In this document: in pieces, positions 8,635 to 16,117 of the stretch | How positions within the stretch are numbered: position 1 is the first letter of the stretch | Layout of the letters: every line of letters begins with the position of its first letter | From: Bdellovibrionota bacterium | Lineage (GTDB): Bacteria > Bdellovibrionota_C > UBA2361 > JBGSMV01 | Direction: 5' to 3' | DNA length: 21,210 bases | Assembly: GCA_044356455.1 (NCBI GenBank) | Contig: JBIKWF010000071.1 | Span: 1-21,210, forward strand | Translations under genes and position numbers: made by a program | Notes under the pieces: generated by a model | Told to the model about the DNA's origin: nothing | Seen by the model: the letters and a program-made list of their open reading frames with translations, nothing else | Database searches by the model: none

Positions 8635-9534
8635 TCAACTTCCGGAGATCACGAAGTCGAAAGTTTTCACGGGACTTTCGTTAAGAAAAAGCTCTCCGCG
8701 ATACTGCCCAATCGGCCAATCGCGAGGCGCGTTCATTTGAGCAGAGAGGGTATTAACTGCGGTTACCTCACCGTTTAATTCGAGTAGCTGGATATTGTTG
8801 CCCGCTGCAGTAGCAACCGCCGTAAATTTCCAGCGAGCCTGCCCAGTAAAGGGAGCCGAAAGGTCCGCCCTAAAATGCATTCTTCTATCAGTAGGATTGA
8901 AGCGCTCGCTGGGCACTCCAGGTCTTCCCTTGCCATCATCTTTTGACATGACAATCGCGCTAATTGAGGGCGGTAGCGGAGTGGGCGTTGGTGGAGGCGC
9001 GACGACATAATCGAGCATACGCAGCACGACGCCATTAACGAGCACCGTTGCTCGGTATCTACCTATGGGCCAATCTCGCGGCAGAGACACTTTGCCGTTA
9101 AGGATCACCTCTGCTGCTCCATGCAGGCCGGCAACGGAGCGATTTATGGAGGCCAAGGTCGGCCGGCTTCCAACCGCAGTCTCAAGTGCCGAGAACTCCC
9201 AGCGCACATTGCTTCCTTCCTGAAGACCCTTCACGCCTACTTCAAAATGTTGGGTTCTATCCGCAGGCGAGAACTGCGCTACGGCCTCTCCGGGCTCTCC
9301 CCTTCCGTTGTCTTTTCTGAAAACCGATACCGTGGATACGAGGCTGAGGGTTGGGGAAGAGCTCGGGGCAGGCTGCCCCAAAACTGGGTTAACCGTGAGA
9401 GTAAAGCAGCCTAAAAGAATTCCGCTAAGGCCGCGAACAAGTCGGCTCGCTAGTCTTGGGGCGTTATTGCCAGAGGTGAGGCCGCCAGACATAAAGCCAC
9501 AAGGATATCGTTGGTTGAGAAGATAGTGTTTCAT
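8635..9534 (-). CDS. Secreted/periplasmic hypothetical protein with two tandem homologous beta-rich domains
   Basis: Signal-like hydrophobic segment, then two ~110-aa repeats sharing KD.G.G.PG....F.P.DR..HF, RW.F.A..TA.G and PRDWPIG.YR, joined by a PPPTPTPLPP linker. The start could be Met15. Confidence 0.8.
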   Translation of the reverse strand: MKHYLLNQRYPCGFMSGGLTSGNNAPRLASRLVRGLSGILLGCFTLTVNPVLGQPAPSSSPTLSLVSTVSVFRKDNGRGEPGEAVAQFSPADRTQHFEVGVKGLQEGSNVRWEFSALETAVGSRPTLASINRSVAGLHGAAEVILNGKVSLPRDWPIGRYRATVLVNGVVLRMLDYVVAPPPTPTPLPPSISAIVMSKDDGKGRPGVPSERFNPTDRRMHFRADLSAPFTGQARWKFTAVATAAGNNIQLLELNGEVTAVNTLSAQMNAPRDWPIGQYRGELFLNESPVKTFDFVISGS

Positions 9535-9567
9535 ACACTGGAATGATCTGGGGTATTGCGCGAGGCG

Positions 9568-10836
9568 TCAAGCGGGTGAAATCGCTCCAAGCGAGCCCGA
9601 GGCCTGCCTCAGGCGCTCCAGGCTCTCAAGCAAGCGTTCCCCATCAAGAGGCCCGCTGATTACGGCATCTGCCTCGAGCTCTTCGGGGTGTGCTCCCGGC
9701 GTACTTTGTGAGAGCGCCGTGGCCACTACGTGAGCACCAGCTTCACGAGCCTTGCTAAGGGCAGAGCTGTCCATTGAACGAATTGTCGAGGTGGAAACGA
9801 GTACCGTATCGTAGTTACTCTCACCCAGTCTTTTTACCATCTCTGCGGCCGAATGCGCCTGGTCAACCATCGCGCCCCAGGCCGTCAGTAAAGCAGAAGC
9901 TGCTTCCCCGCAGCCGCGGTCTTCTTCGCACACGAGAACCCGGGTCCCACGTATAAATTGGGCACGCTCGGTGCGCCGGGCAAAACTTCGGCTTCCTGAG
10001 GCAGATTCCTCTTGTTCTCCTAGAGGGAGCACAATAGTAAAGCTGCTCCCCTCTCCCGGCGCGCTCTCGACGGCGATATCTCCACCATTCAGGTATAGAA
10101 GAGACCTGCAAACGGCTAAGCCAATACCCACGCCCCGCTCTTCGGAGTCTGAGTGGGGATTCTTCGAAACATAGGGCTCAAAAATTCTGGAGAGAAACTG
10201 GGGATCTATCCCCTCTCCCGTATCCATTACTTGAAGCGCAATCGATTCGTTTTCATGACGAGCTGCACGCACCAATACGGAGCCGCCCGAGGGCGTAAAC
10301 TTCAGCGCATTTTGCAGCAAATTAAAGAGCACTTGTTTTATATGGCGCGCATCGCAGCGCGCGATAAGGTCCTCATCACTTGTTTCAACCATCAAAGCCA
10401 CGCCGCGTCTCGCTGCGGAAGGGCCCACAAGGTCTTTAAGTCCCCCAATCAAATTCTTTATGTCGACATTGGTTGGCTCAGGTGTAACTCTGCCACCTTC
10501 GACGCGGCTCAAGTCAAGGAAGTCACTTACCAGGCGGTGCACATGATCGCTGAATTCGCGGATAAGGCCTAGGCAGCGCCTTTGGTCAGGGGGGAGCGAG
10601 TTTCCCGCAAGAAGCTCGAGCGCTTCTGCGGAACACACAATGGCACTTAGGGGGTTCTTCACTTCGTGCGCCATTTCGTCTGCAAGCACGGCTCTGCGGT
10701 GCAGAAGATGTTCGGTTTTTGAGAGGAGGGTTCGCATTTCCCGTAGCTGCTGCGCGAGGGCGCGCTGCACCCGCCAGGCGCGCCAGAGCACGAGTGCTCC
10801 GATGCAAGAAAGGATAAAGAAAGCGCCTACCACCAT
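9568..10836 (-). CDS. Membrane-anchored histidine kinase (HisKA + HATPase_c) with a degenerate C-terminal receiver-like domain
   Basis: N-terminal TM; H-box MAHEVKNPL (His57), N-box NLLQNALKFT, G1 DTGEGI, G2 GVGIGL and GEGSSF; receiver-like region at aa ~298-410. Confidence 0.9.
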   Translation of the reverse strand: MVVGAFFILSCIGALVLWRAWRVQRALAQQLREMRTLLSKTEHLLHRRAVLADEMAHEVKNPLSAIVCSAEALELLAGNSLPPDQRRCLGLIREFSDHVHRLVSDFLDLSRVEGGRVTPEPTNVDIKNLIGGLKDLVGPSAARRGVALMVETSDEDLIARCDARHIKQVLFNLLQNALKFTPSGGSVLVRAARHENESIALQVMDTGEGIDPQFLSRIFEPYVSKNPHSDSEERGVGIGLAVCRSLLYLNGGDIAVESAPGEGSSFTIVLPLGEQEESASGSRSFARRTERAQFIRGTRVLVCEEDRGCGEAASALLTAWGAMVDQAHSAAEMVKRLGESNYDTVLVSTSTIRSMDSSALSKAREAGAHVVATALSQSTPGAHPEELEADAVISGPLDGERLLESLERLRQASGSLGAISPA

Positions 10837-10972
10837 AGAAAACCTGCGTCCTTACGGCCTTGAGTCGCTTGAAGACCAAGACCTTGGGGCTACTTCAACA
10901 ACGCGCAGAACGGGGGCAGACATTCGAGAAGAAAATCCCGAACTAAACTACTGCGCACTACCAATACCACAT

Positions 10973-10999
10973 CTATCGACCTGTCCCGGTCAGCTCTTA
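10973..10999 (-). promoter_or_regulatory. sigma28-like promoter upstream of the histidine kinase
   Basis: Minus strand reads TAAG-N15-GTCGATAG, about 135 nt upstream of ATG 10836. Confidence 0.45.
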
Positions 11000-11023
11000 A
11001 GGCCGATTCCTAAGTCGTGATGG

Positions 11024-11998
11024 TTACGGCAATCGCCTCGCAGCCTGAGAGAGATCGGCAAGTTGCGAGGCTGCGGTATAGGGATCAAGGCGTCTTTCGC
11101 AGCACTCTAAGGCCAGGTACGAAAGTTTCGTAGCAGCCACAGAGAGCGTTCGCTCTCTTACTTCTTCGGTGAGAAGCTTAAGCAAGGTGTCTTCCATGAT
11201 GCGCTGCTTTCTCGCGCGCCCACGCTCAGTAGTGGTAAGCCACTCCGCGTGCTTGCCTATTTCGGCGAGAACTTCCGGGGCGCCTTCACCATTGACCGCC
11301 ACGGTCTTGATGATTGGTGGAATCCACGCGTCAGGCGCGTAGTCCGTAACAGAAAGAAGAAGCCTCAGATCTCTAAACACGAGATCCGCACCTTCTCGAT
11401 CAGATTTGTTTATCAAAAACAAATCAGCAATTTCCAAAATGCCGGCCTTCATCGCTTGCACGCTGTCTCCCATGCCGGGCACAAGAACCACAAGACAAGT
11501 GTCTGCGAGGCGAACGATATCAACCTCCGCTTGCCCGACTCCTACGGTCTCAATGAGTACAATATCAAATCCGGCAGCATCAAGAATATGCACCGCGTCT
11601 ATGGTCGCGCGGGACACTCCGCCCAAGGCGCCACGTGTTGCCATGGAGCGAATAAAGACAGAGTCATCTTCGCTCGTCTTCACCATACGGATGCGATCGC
11701 CAAGAATAGCGCCCCCGGTAAAAGGGCTTGTGGGATCCACGGCGACTATCGCTACACGTTTTCCTTCCTTTCGATAATGCGCGGCGAGTTGATCAACAAG
11801 TGTGGACTTTCCTGCTCCTGGGGAGCCAGTAACTCCGACGATATGCGCCCGGTGGCCGGGAGGTTTCTCTTTAAAAAGCTGCGCCTGAAGCGGGCGGGCA
11901 CGGGGCGACCGATTTTCACTGAGCGAAATGAGCCTGCTCACCGCTCGGTGATCATGGTTGCGGACAAGGGAGATGAGTTCTTCGTCTGAGAAATTCAC
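11024..11998 (-). CDS. meaB: Methylmalonyl-CoA mutase-associated GTPase MeaB (ArgK/MMAA family)
   Basis: P-loop GSPGAGKST, VDPTSPFTGGAILGDRIRM, FIRSMATRGALGG, ETVGVGQAE, KAGILEIAD and NKSD motifs; GTG start. Confidence 0.95.
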   Translation of the reverse strand: MNFSDEELISLVRNHDHRAVSRLISLSENRSPRARPLQAQLFKEKPPGHRAHIVGVTGSPGAGKSTLVDQLAAHYRKEGKRVAIVAVDPTSPFTGGAILGDRIRMVKTSEDDSVFIRSMATRGALGGVSRATIDAVHILDAAGFDIVLIETVGVGQAEVDIVRLADTCLVVLVPGMGDSVQAMKAGILEIADLFLINKSDREGADLVFRDLRLLLSVTDYAPDAWIPPIIKTVAVNGEGAPEVLAEIGKHAEWLTTTERGRARKQRIMEDTLLKLLTEEVRERTLSVAATKLSYLALECCERRLDPYTAASQLADLSQAARRLP

Positions 11999-12086
11999 GT
12001 GGAAAGTATGGATCAGGGAGCGAGGAATCGAAAGGGTTTTGGGTGAGTTGCTCCCTTTTTACGAAACATCAAGAGGGATCAGCCCT

Positions 12087-12136
12087 CCTTCTTCGTGGTC
12101 TTTGTGGTTGTCCTATAACAAAGACCGCGAAGAAGG
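12087..12136. terminator. 19-bp hairpin downstream of flgE
   Basis: CCTTCTTCGTGGTCTTTGT (12087-12105) pairs with ACAAAGACCGCGAAGAAGG (12118-12136), with one non-Watson-Crick position and a 12-nt loop, 21 nt after the flgE stop. Confidence 0.6.
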
Positions 12137-12157
12137 GATATTACAGAGGCCTCTCAC

Positions 12158-13468
12158 TTACGCGAGCTGAATAATATCGTTCAGCAACTGATTAATCGTA
12201 GTAATGATTCTTGAGTTCGCTTGGAATCCTCTTTGGAGCGTAATCAGTTTTACGAACTCGGTAGCAATATCTACCGTTGAGAGTTCAAGGGCTCCCGCTT
12301 GTACCGAACCGAAGGCACCGCTTTCAGGTTGGCCAATTACAGGCTCACCTGAGCTCGGAGACTGACTGAGAAGGTTATTGCCTACGCGCACAAGCCCTTC
12401 TGCGTTAGAAAAATTCACGAGTCCAACAGTTCCGATAACGGCAGCCTGGCCGTTATCGAGAATTGCGAAGATGCTACCATCCTTCTCGATACTAATATTA
12501 CCAACCGTTCCGATACCCTTTCCGTCCTGGGCGATAGAGAGCGGGTTAGAAGGGGCTGCATATTGAGTGAAGCTATCAAAATAGAATGGGATGTCTCTTG
12601 TCTGTTCCGAGCCGTTATTCCAAGGAATATTCGAGGCTATTAAATCGCCTGAAGCACTTGTCGCAGTTTGGCGTGTGCCGTCCTCATTGAAATCAATGGT
12701 GAAACCACCAGCAGCTCCAATCTGACGCGGTAACCCTGTGGCAGAGCCGGAAGGATCCACATCCTCGCTGTTGACATATGCTCTTACGTTAAATTCATTT
12801 TCTCCGGTCTTAAAGAAGTATAATGTCACTTCGTGGGACGCGCCAAGACTGTCAAAAACAGAAACGGTATTGGTGAAGGCAGCTAAGCTGTTGAGCTGAG
12901 AATAGGTCGTGGTCGATGTAACCGCAGGAGCTACGGAAACGCCAAGGGCGTTTACATCAGCAATGTCGATAACATCCGAGCGCGCGTCTAAGTTAGCCGC
13001 GAAATCGACTCGAGTGGTTGCCACGCTATCCTGGGACACTGAGTTTACGTTGATTTCCTGCAGGGTGCCGGTACCATTTGAGGGGAAGCCCAAAACTTTG
13101 AGCCCGTTTTGATTGACGAGAAAGCCCTCGGAGTCCACCTTGAAATTACCTGCGCGAGTATAGAGACGCTGCCCGCCGTCGCTGACTGCGAAAAAGCCAT
13201 TTCCATCGATCGCAAGATCGAGACCGCGGCCTGAAAACTCAAGGGTACCTTGGGTAAAGATAGCATTTACGTTCCCGACAGAGGAACCGGCACCAATTAC
13301 GCGTCCCGAGGCTTGACCACCGGCAATAAGATCTTGGAACTCGGCGCGTGCAGCCTTAAAGCCTACGGTGTTGGCATTTGAAATGTTATCGCCAACCACT
13401 GCAATCGCTGCACCGTGACTTGAGATACCAGAGCGTCCCGAGAAAAGTCCGTTTACTATGCTCGCCAC
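12158..13468 (-). CDS. flgE: Flagellar hook protein FlgE
   Basis: GDNISNANTVGFK, DLAIDGNGFF, YTRAGNF, VFDSLG and LELSTVDIATEFVKLITLQRGFQANSRII motifs. GTG start at 13468 has SD AGGTGGAG; the gene follows flgD. Confidence 0.95.
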   Translation of the reverse strand: MASIVNGLFSGRSGISSHGAAIAVVGDNISNANTVGFKAARAEFQDLIAGGQASGRVIGAGSSVGNVNAIFTQGTLEFSGRGLDLAIDGNGFFAVSDGGQRLYTRAGNFKVDSEGFLVNQNGLKVLGFPSNGTGTLQEINVNSVSQDSVATTRVDFAANLDARSDVIDIADVNALGVSVAPAVTSTTTYSQLNSLAAFTNTVSVFDSLGASHEVTLYFFKTGENEFNVRAYVNSEDVDPSGSATGLPRQIGAAGGFTIDFNEDGTRQTATSASGDLIASNIPWNNGSEQTRDIPFYFDSFTQYAAPSNPLSIAQDGKGIGTVGNISIEKDGSIFAILDNGQAAVIGTVGLVNFSNAEGLVRVGNNLLSQSPSSGEPVIGQPESGAFGSVQAGALELSTVDIATEFVKLITLQRGFQANSRIITTINQLLNDIIQLA

Positions 13469-13554
13469 TGTCGTTCTCCACCTAAATTGGTTCACTCTGC
13501 GTGCACTACTGTCCCGTCTCTCCTACGCAGGAAGGAAAAGGAGCCGGGCTTCGG

Positions 13555-13568
13555 TGGCATCCCTGCCA
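13555..13568 (-). promoter_or_regulatory. CsrA/RsmA-type GGA hairpin in the flgD-flgE intergenic leader
   Basis: Minus strand TGGCA-GGGA-TGCCA contains CAGGGATG, matching CANGGANG. Confidence 0.4.
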
Positions 13569-13626
13569 TGGGCTACATCGATCAAAACGCAGCGTTCCGT
13601 TGCCGCGTGTACTGCAAAGTACTGCC

Positions 13627-14286
13627 TTACTGCCGAGGTGCCGTTACTTCGGTCACGTCTGCGGGAGCTACTTCACGATTCCCTATGAGAAGGGCGGGCT
13701 CAGCCCCTGGAACAAATCCCGTTACGACTCCCGCGGCAAAGGTGGGAACCTTCGCCATCTCTCCTGATGCGGTTTGTGCCACTGCGCGCAGGGTGTAGGT
13801 GCCGTTGGGGACGTCAAGCTCAGAAAGGTCGACGCGATGCTTGCCGGCTTCCATAGCTCCAAGGTCAAGACGCTGGGCTACTGCGCCTGAAGCATCTACA
13901 AGTTCCAGCTTTACGTTCTGGCTAGCGCCTACGAGGTTAAATACGGCTTGTCCGCCCTCCCCGTTTTCGATGACTGCTTTGTCGCTATTTAAAGTGACCT
14001 CATTTCCAAGATATCCAGCATAAGAGGAGATTCCGCCGGTGCTGCTATCTCCAAGTTTCTGGTCAATAGAAACGAGCTTCTCGAGCTGGCTGAACTGCGC
14101 CAGGTTCACCGCGAAATCCTCGTTCGACATAGGATCGAGAGGGTCTTGGTTCTTCAGCTGTGCAACGAGCATCTGCAAAAATTCATCTTGCCCAATGGCA
14201 CCATTGGCCTTCTTTTTTGTGCTCGTGCTCTGAGTCGCCGCTGAATCAAGCTGCCTCAAGAGGGGATTAATTGAATCGCTGCTCAT
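13627..14286 (-). CDS. flgD: Flagellar hook capping protein FlgD
   Basis: GQDEFLQMLVAQLKNQDPLDPMSNEDFAVNLAQFSQLE and an FlgD-Ig-like region (VPNGTYTLRAVA). ATG 14286 has SD AGGGAG and lies 11 nt after the fliK stop. Confidence 0.95.
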   Translation of the reverse strand: MSSDSINPLLRQLDSAATQSTSTKKKANGAIGQDEFLQMLVAQLKNQDPLDPMSNEDFAVNLAQFSQLEKLVSIDQKLGDSSTGGISSYAGYLGNEVTLNSDKAVIENGEGGQAVFNLVGASQNVKLELVDASGAVAQRLDLGAMEAGKHRVDLSELDVPNGTYTLRAVAQTASGEMAKVPTFAAGVVTGFVPGAEPALLIGNREVAPADVTEVTAPRQ

Positions 14287-14297
14287 GACCTGCTCCC

Positions 14298-15782
14298 TTA
14301 CGCTACCCAATGATCTTCTGTTGCTTTAACTGCGCTTTCTGCCCAGGTGCCCATTGCTGCACCTGCTGACTGTCCCTCTCGCCCCGCGTTTCTGTCTCCG
14401 CGTGAGCCGTTTTCCCCAGAGAGTGACGACTGGTCCGCCCCCAAATTGTCCGAGAAACTTTCCCCACCGACTGAAACGCTTACGGTCTCTACGTTGAGGC
14501 CAAGATTACGAAGATTCTGTTGAAGCTCGTGGGCCCGCTCCTTCATAAGCTGGGCAACCTGAGGGTTATCTGGAATAACGCGGGCATGCAGACCGCCATC
14601 ACGTAGCGTTACGTCTACCCGCACTGAACCGAGCTGGGGTGGGTCGAGGCGGAATGAAAGGCTGCTTCCGTCTTTTGAACGCGCTACTTCTTTGAGAGCT
14701 CCCTCAACCTTCTCAAGTAAGCGGTCACTATTGACGCGAGCCAAATTGCGAGCGCTGCGTGCACCTGCTTCGTTTGAACTGCTGCGGCTCGCCGTAGATT
14801 TTAGTGCCGCAGCATCAATGCCTTGTACTTGATTGTTCATCGGAGCTGACTTGACGGCGTCGGCTCCGCGCAGTTGCTGGTCAATGAGTGGCTTAACGAT
14901 TAGGGCTGACAACATGGCGTCGCGGTCAAGCACCTCACTACGAGGCCTCATGCTCGGGGAGGTAGCTTGTGTGGGAGCAAGCAGATTTTTTAGTGCGCGC
15001 GCGGTGGACTCGGCGACGAGCTGCTCCCCACCTTGAGTTGCATTCTCCTCTGGAGAGTTTATGCGCGCACTCTTCGTGCTCGAGGCGTGAGCTGTTACAG
15101 GGTCAGATGCTGAGGGGGTAGATTTGTCGTGTGCAGCGGCTGTCTGGGCAAGTTCTCCCTTGGGTGCCCTCTCATTCATTCTCTGCCCTGAGGTAGGAAT
15201 CTTAGCTTCCTGCGCGGGCACAGAATCTACTTCAACGCCAAGCTCCTCATGGCTCTCAGAAGCGAGGATTTCCTCACTCTTTGGGGCTTCTACTTTTGCT
15301 GCTTCACTTGTGGCTGCGGTTGAGGCTGCAGCAGTTGCTACTTGCACTTGAGTTTGGGATGCGTCGGAAGCATCTGCGGTAGTTGCAACTCCTTCCTGCG
15401 ACTCCCTCTCGGTCGTCTGCTCATCCTGGTCAGACAACTCTTTTTCGGAGTCTGAATCCTGCCCAGGCCTTGCCTCTTGTTCCGTAACTTCTGTTTCCTC
15501 GGAAACAACCTGGTTTTGAGCCGCAGGCGAAGCTGCCTCAGTAGCGCCCTGCTCAGGTGCCTCTTCGCGTGCCTGAACGGGAGTTTTCTTCGCCTTTGGT
15601 GCATCTAGGGGCTGAGTAAAGTCGGGGTTGCCTTGAGTAGTTTGAACTTGCCCGGCAATTTTCTCCACGAGGCTAGAGAACTCGGCGAGCAAATCGGCAT
15701 GCGCGCTTGTGGCTGCGGCCGCAGGGGTAACCCCCTGAATCGCATCACTTTGTGTTCGCTTTTCAACCCGTGCAAGTGTCAT
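14298..15782 (-). CDS. fliK: Flagellar hook-length control protein FliK
   Basis: Long low-complexity A/E/S/T/Q region, then C-terminal FRLDPPQLGSVRVDV...MKERAHELQQNLRNLGL; canonical fliK-flgD-flgE order. Confidence 0.92.
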   Translation of the reverse strand: MTLARVEKRTQSDAIQGVTPAAAATSAHADLLAEFSSLVEKIAGQVQTTQGNPDFTQPLDAPKAKKTPVQAREEAPEQGATEAASPAAQNQVVSEETEVTEQEARPGQDSDSEKELSDQDEQTTERESQEGVATTADASDASQTQVQVATAAASTAATSEAAKVEAPKSEEILASESHEELGVEVDSVPAQEAKIPTSGQRMNERAPKGELAQTAAAHDKSTPSASDPVTAHASSTKSARINSPEENATQGGEQLVAESTARALKNLLAPTQATSPSMRPRSEVLDRDAMLSALIVKPLIDQQLRGADAVKSAPMNNQVQGIDAAALKSTASRSSSNEAGARSARNLARVNSDRLLEKVEGALKEVARSKDGSSLSFRLDPPQLGSVRVDVTLRDGGLHARVIPDNPQVAQLMKERAHELQQNLRNLGLNVETVSVSVGGESFSDNLGADQSSLSGENGSRGDRNAGREGQSAGAAMGTWAESAVKATEDHWVA

Positions 15783-15831
15783 AAATTTCGTGGCCTATGG
15801 ACGCTATTTGCGACTGCCTTAGGCCTTATTG

Positions 15832-15848
15832 AGCAAGACTCGCGCCAG
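15832..15848 (-). promoter_or_regulatory. sigma54 (RpoN) -24/-12 promoter of fliK-flgD-flgE
   Basis: Minus strand CTGGCGCG-AGTC-TTGCT versus consensus TGGCACG-N4-TTGCW, 49 nt upstream of the fliK ATG. Confidence 0.8.
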
Positions 15849-16117
15849 TCACCAAGCTTCAATTGGTGGCAATACTTCCAAGATCTTAGGGATTAGGTGG
15901 GGCTTTTGGGCACCGGCAGGAATGGCCCCCTAAGGGGAAAGATGGAAATTACTGCCTCAATGGGGTAATTCGCTTCAGATTGGCGTCATTTTCTGGCCAA
16001 GGTCGAAAAACCTGGGGCCTTGAAGAGCTAGAAATGTGGGCGTGTCGCGGGCTCAAGAATGGCACCCGCGAAAATCGCCTCTGAAGGCGCTACGCTGTTT
16101 TAATTGCCGCGAAGCTT

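Noticed and set aside
8438..8740. 100-aa ORF with repeated LGQC
   Set aside because: It is a translation of the intergenic tandem repeat and overlaps both flanking genes.
11249..11989. 246-aa ORF antisense to meaB (and similar antisense or alternate-frame ORFs over the kinase, HK, fliK and ndvB)
   Set aside because: Fully nested in conserved genes with no recognisable motifs; these are expected shadow ORFs at this GC content.
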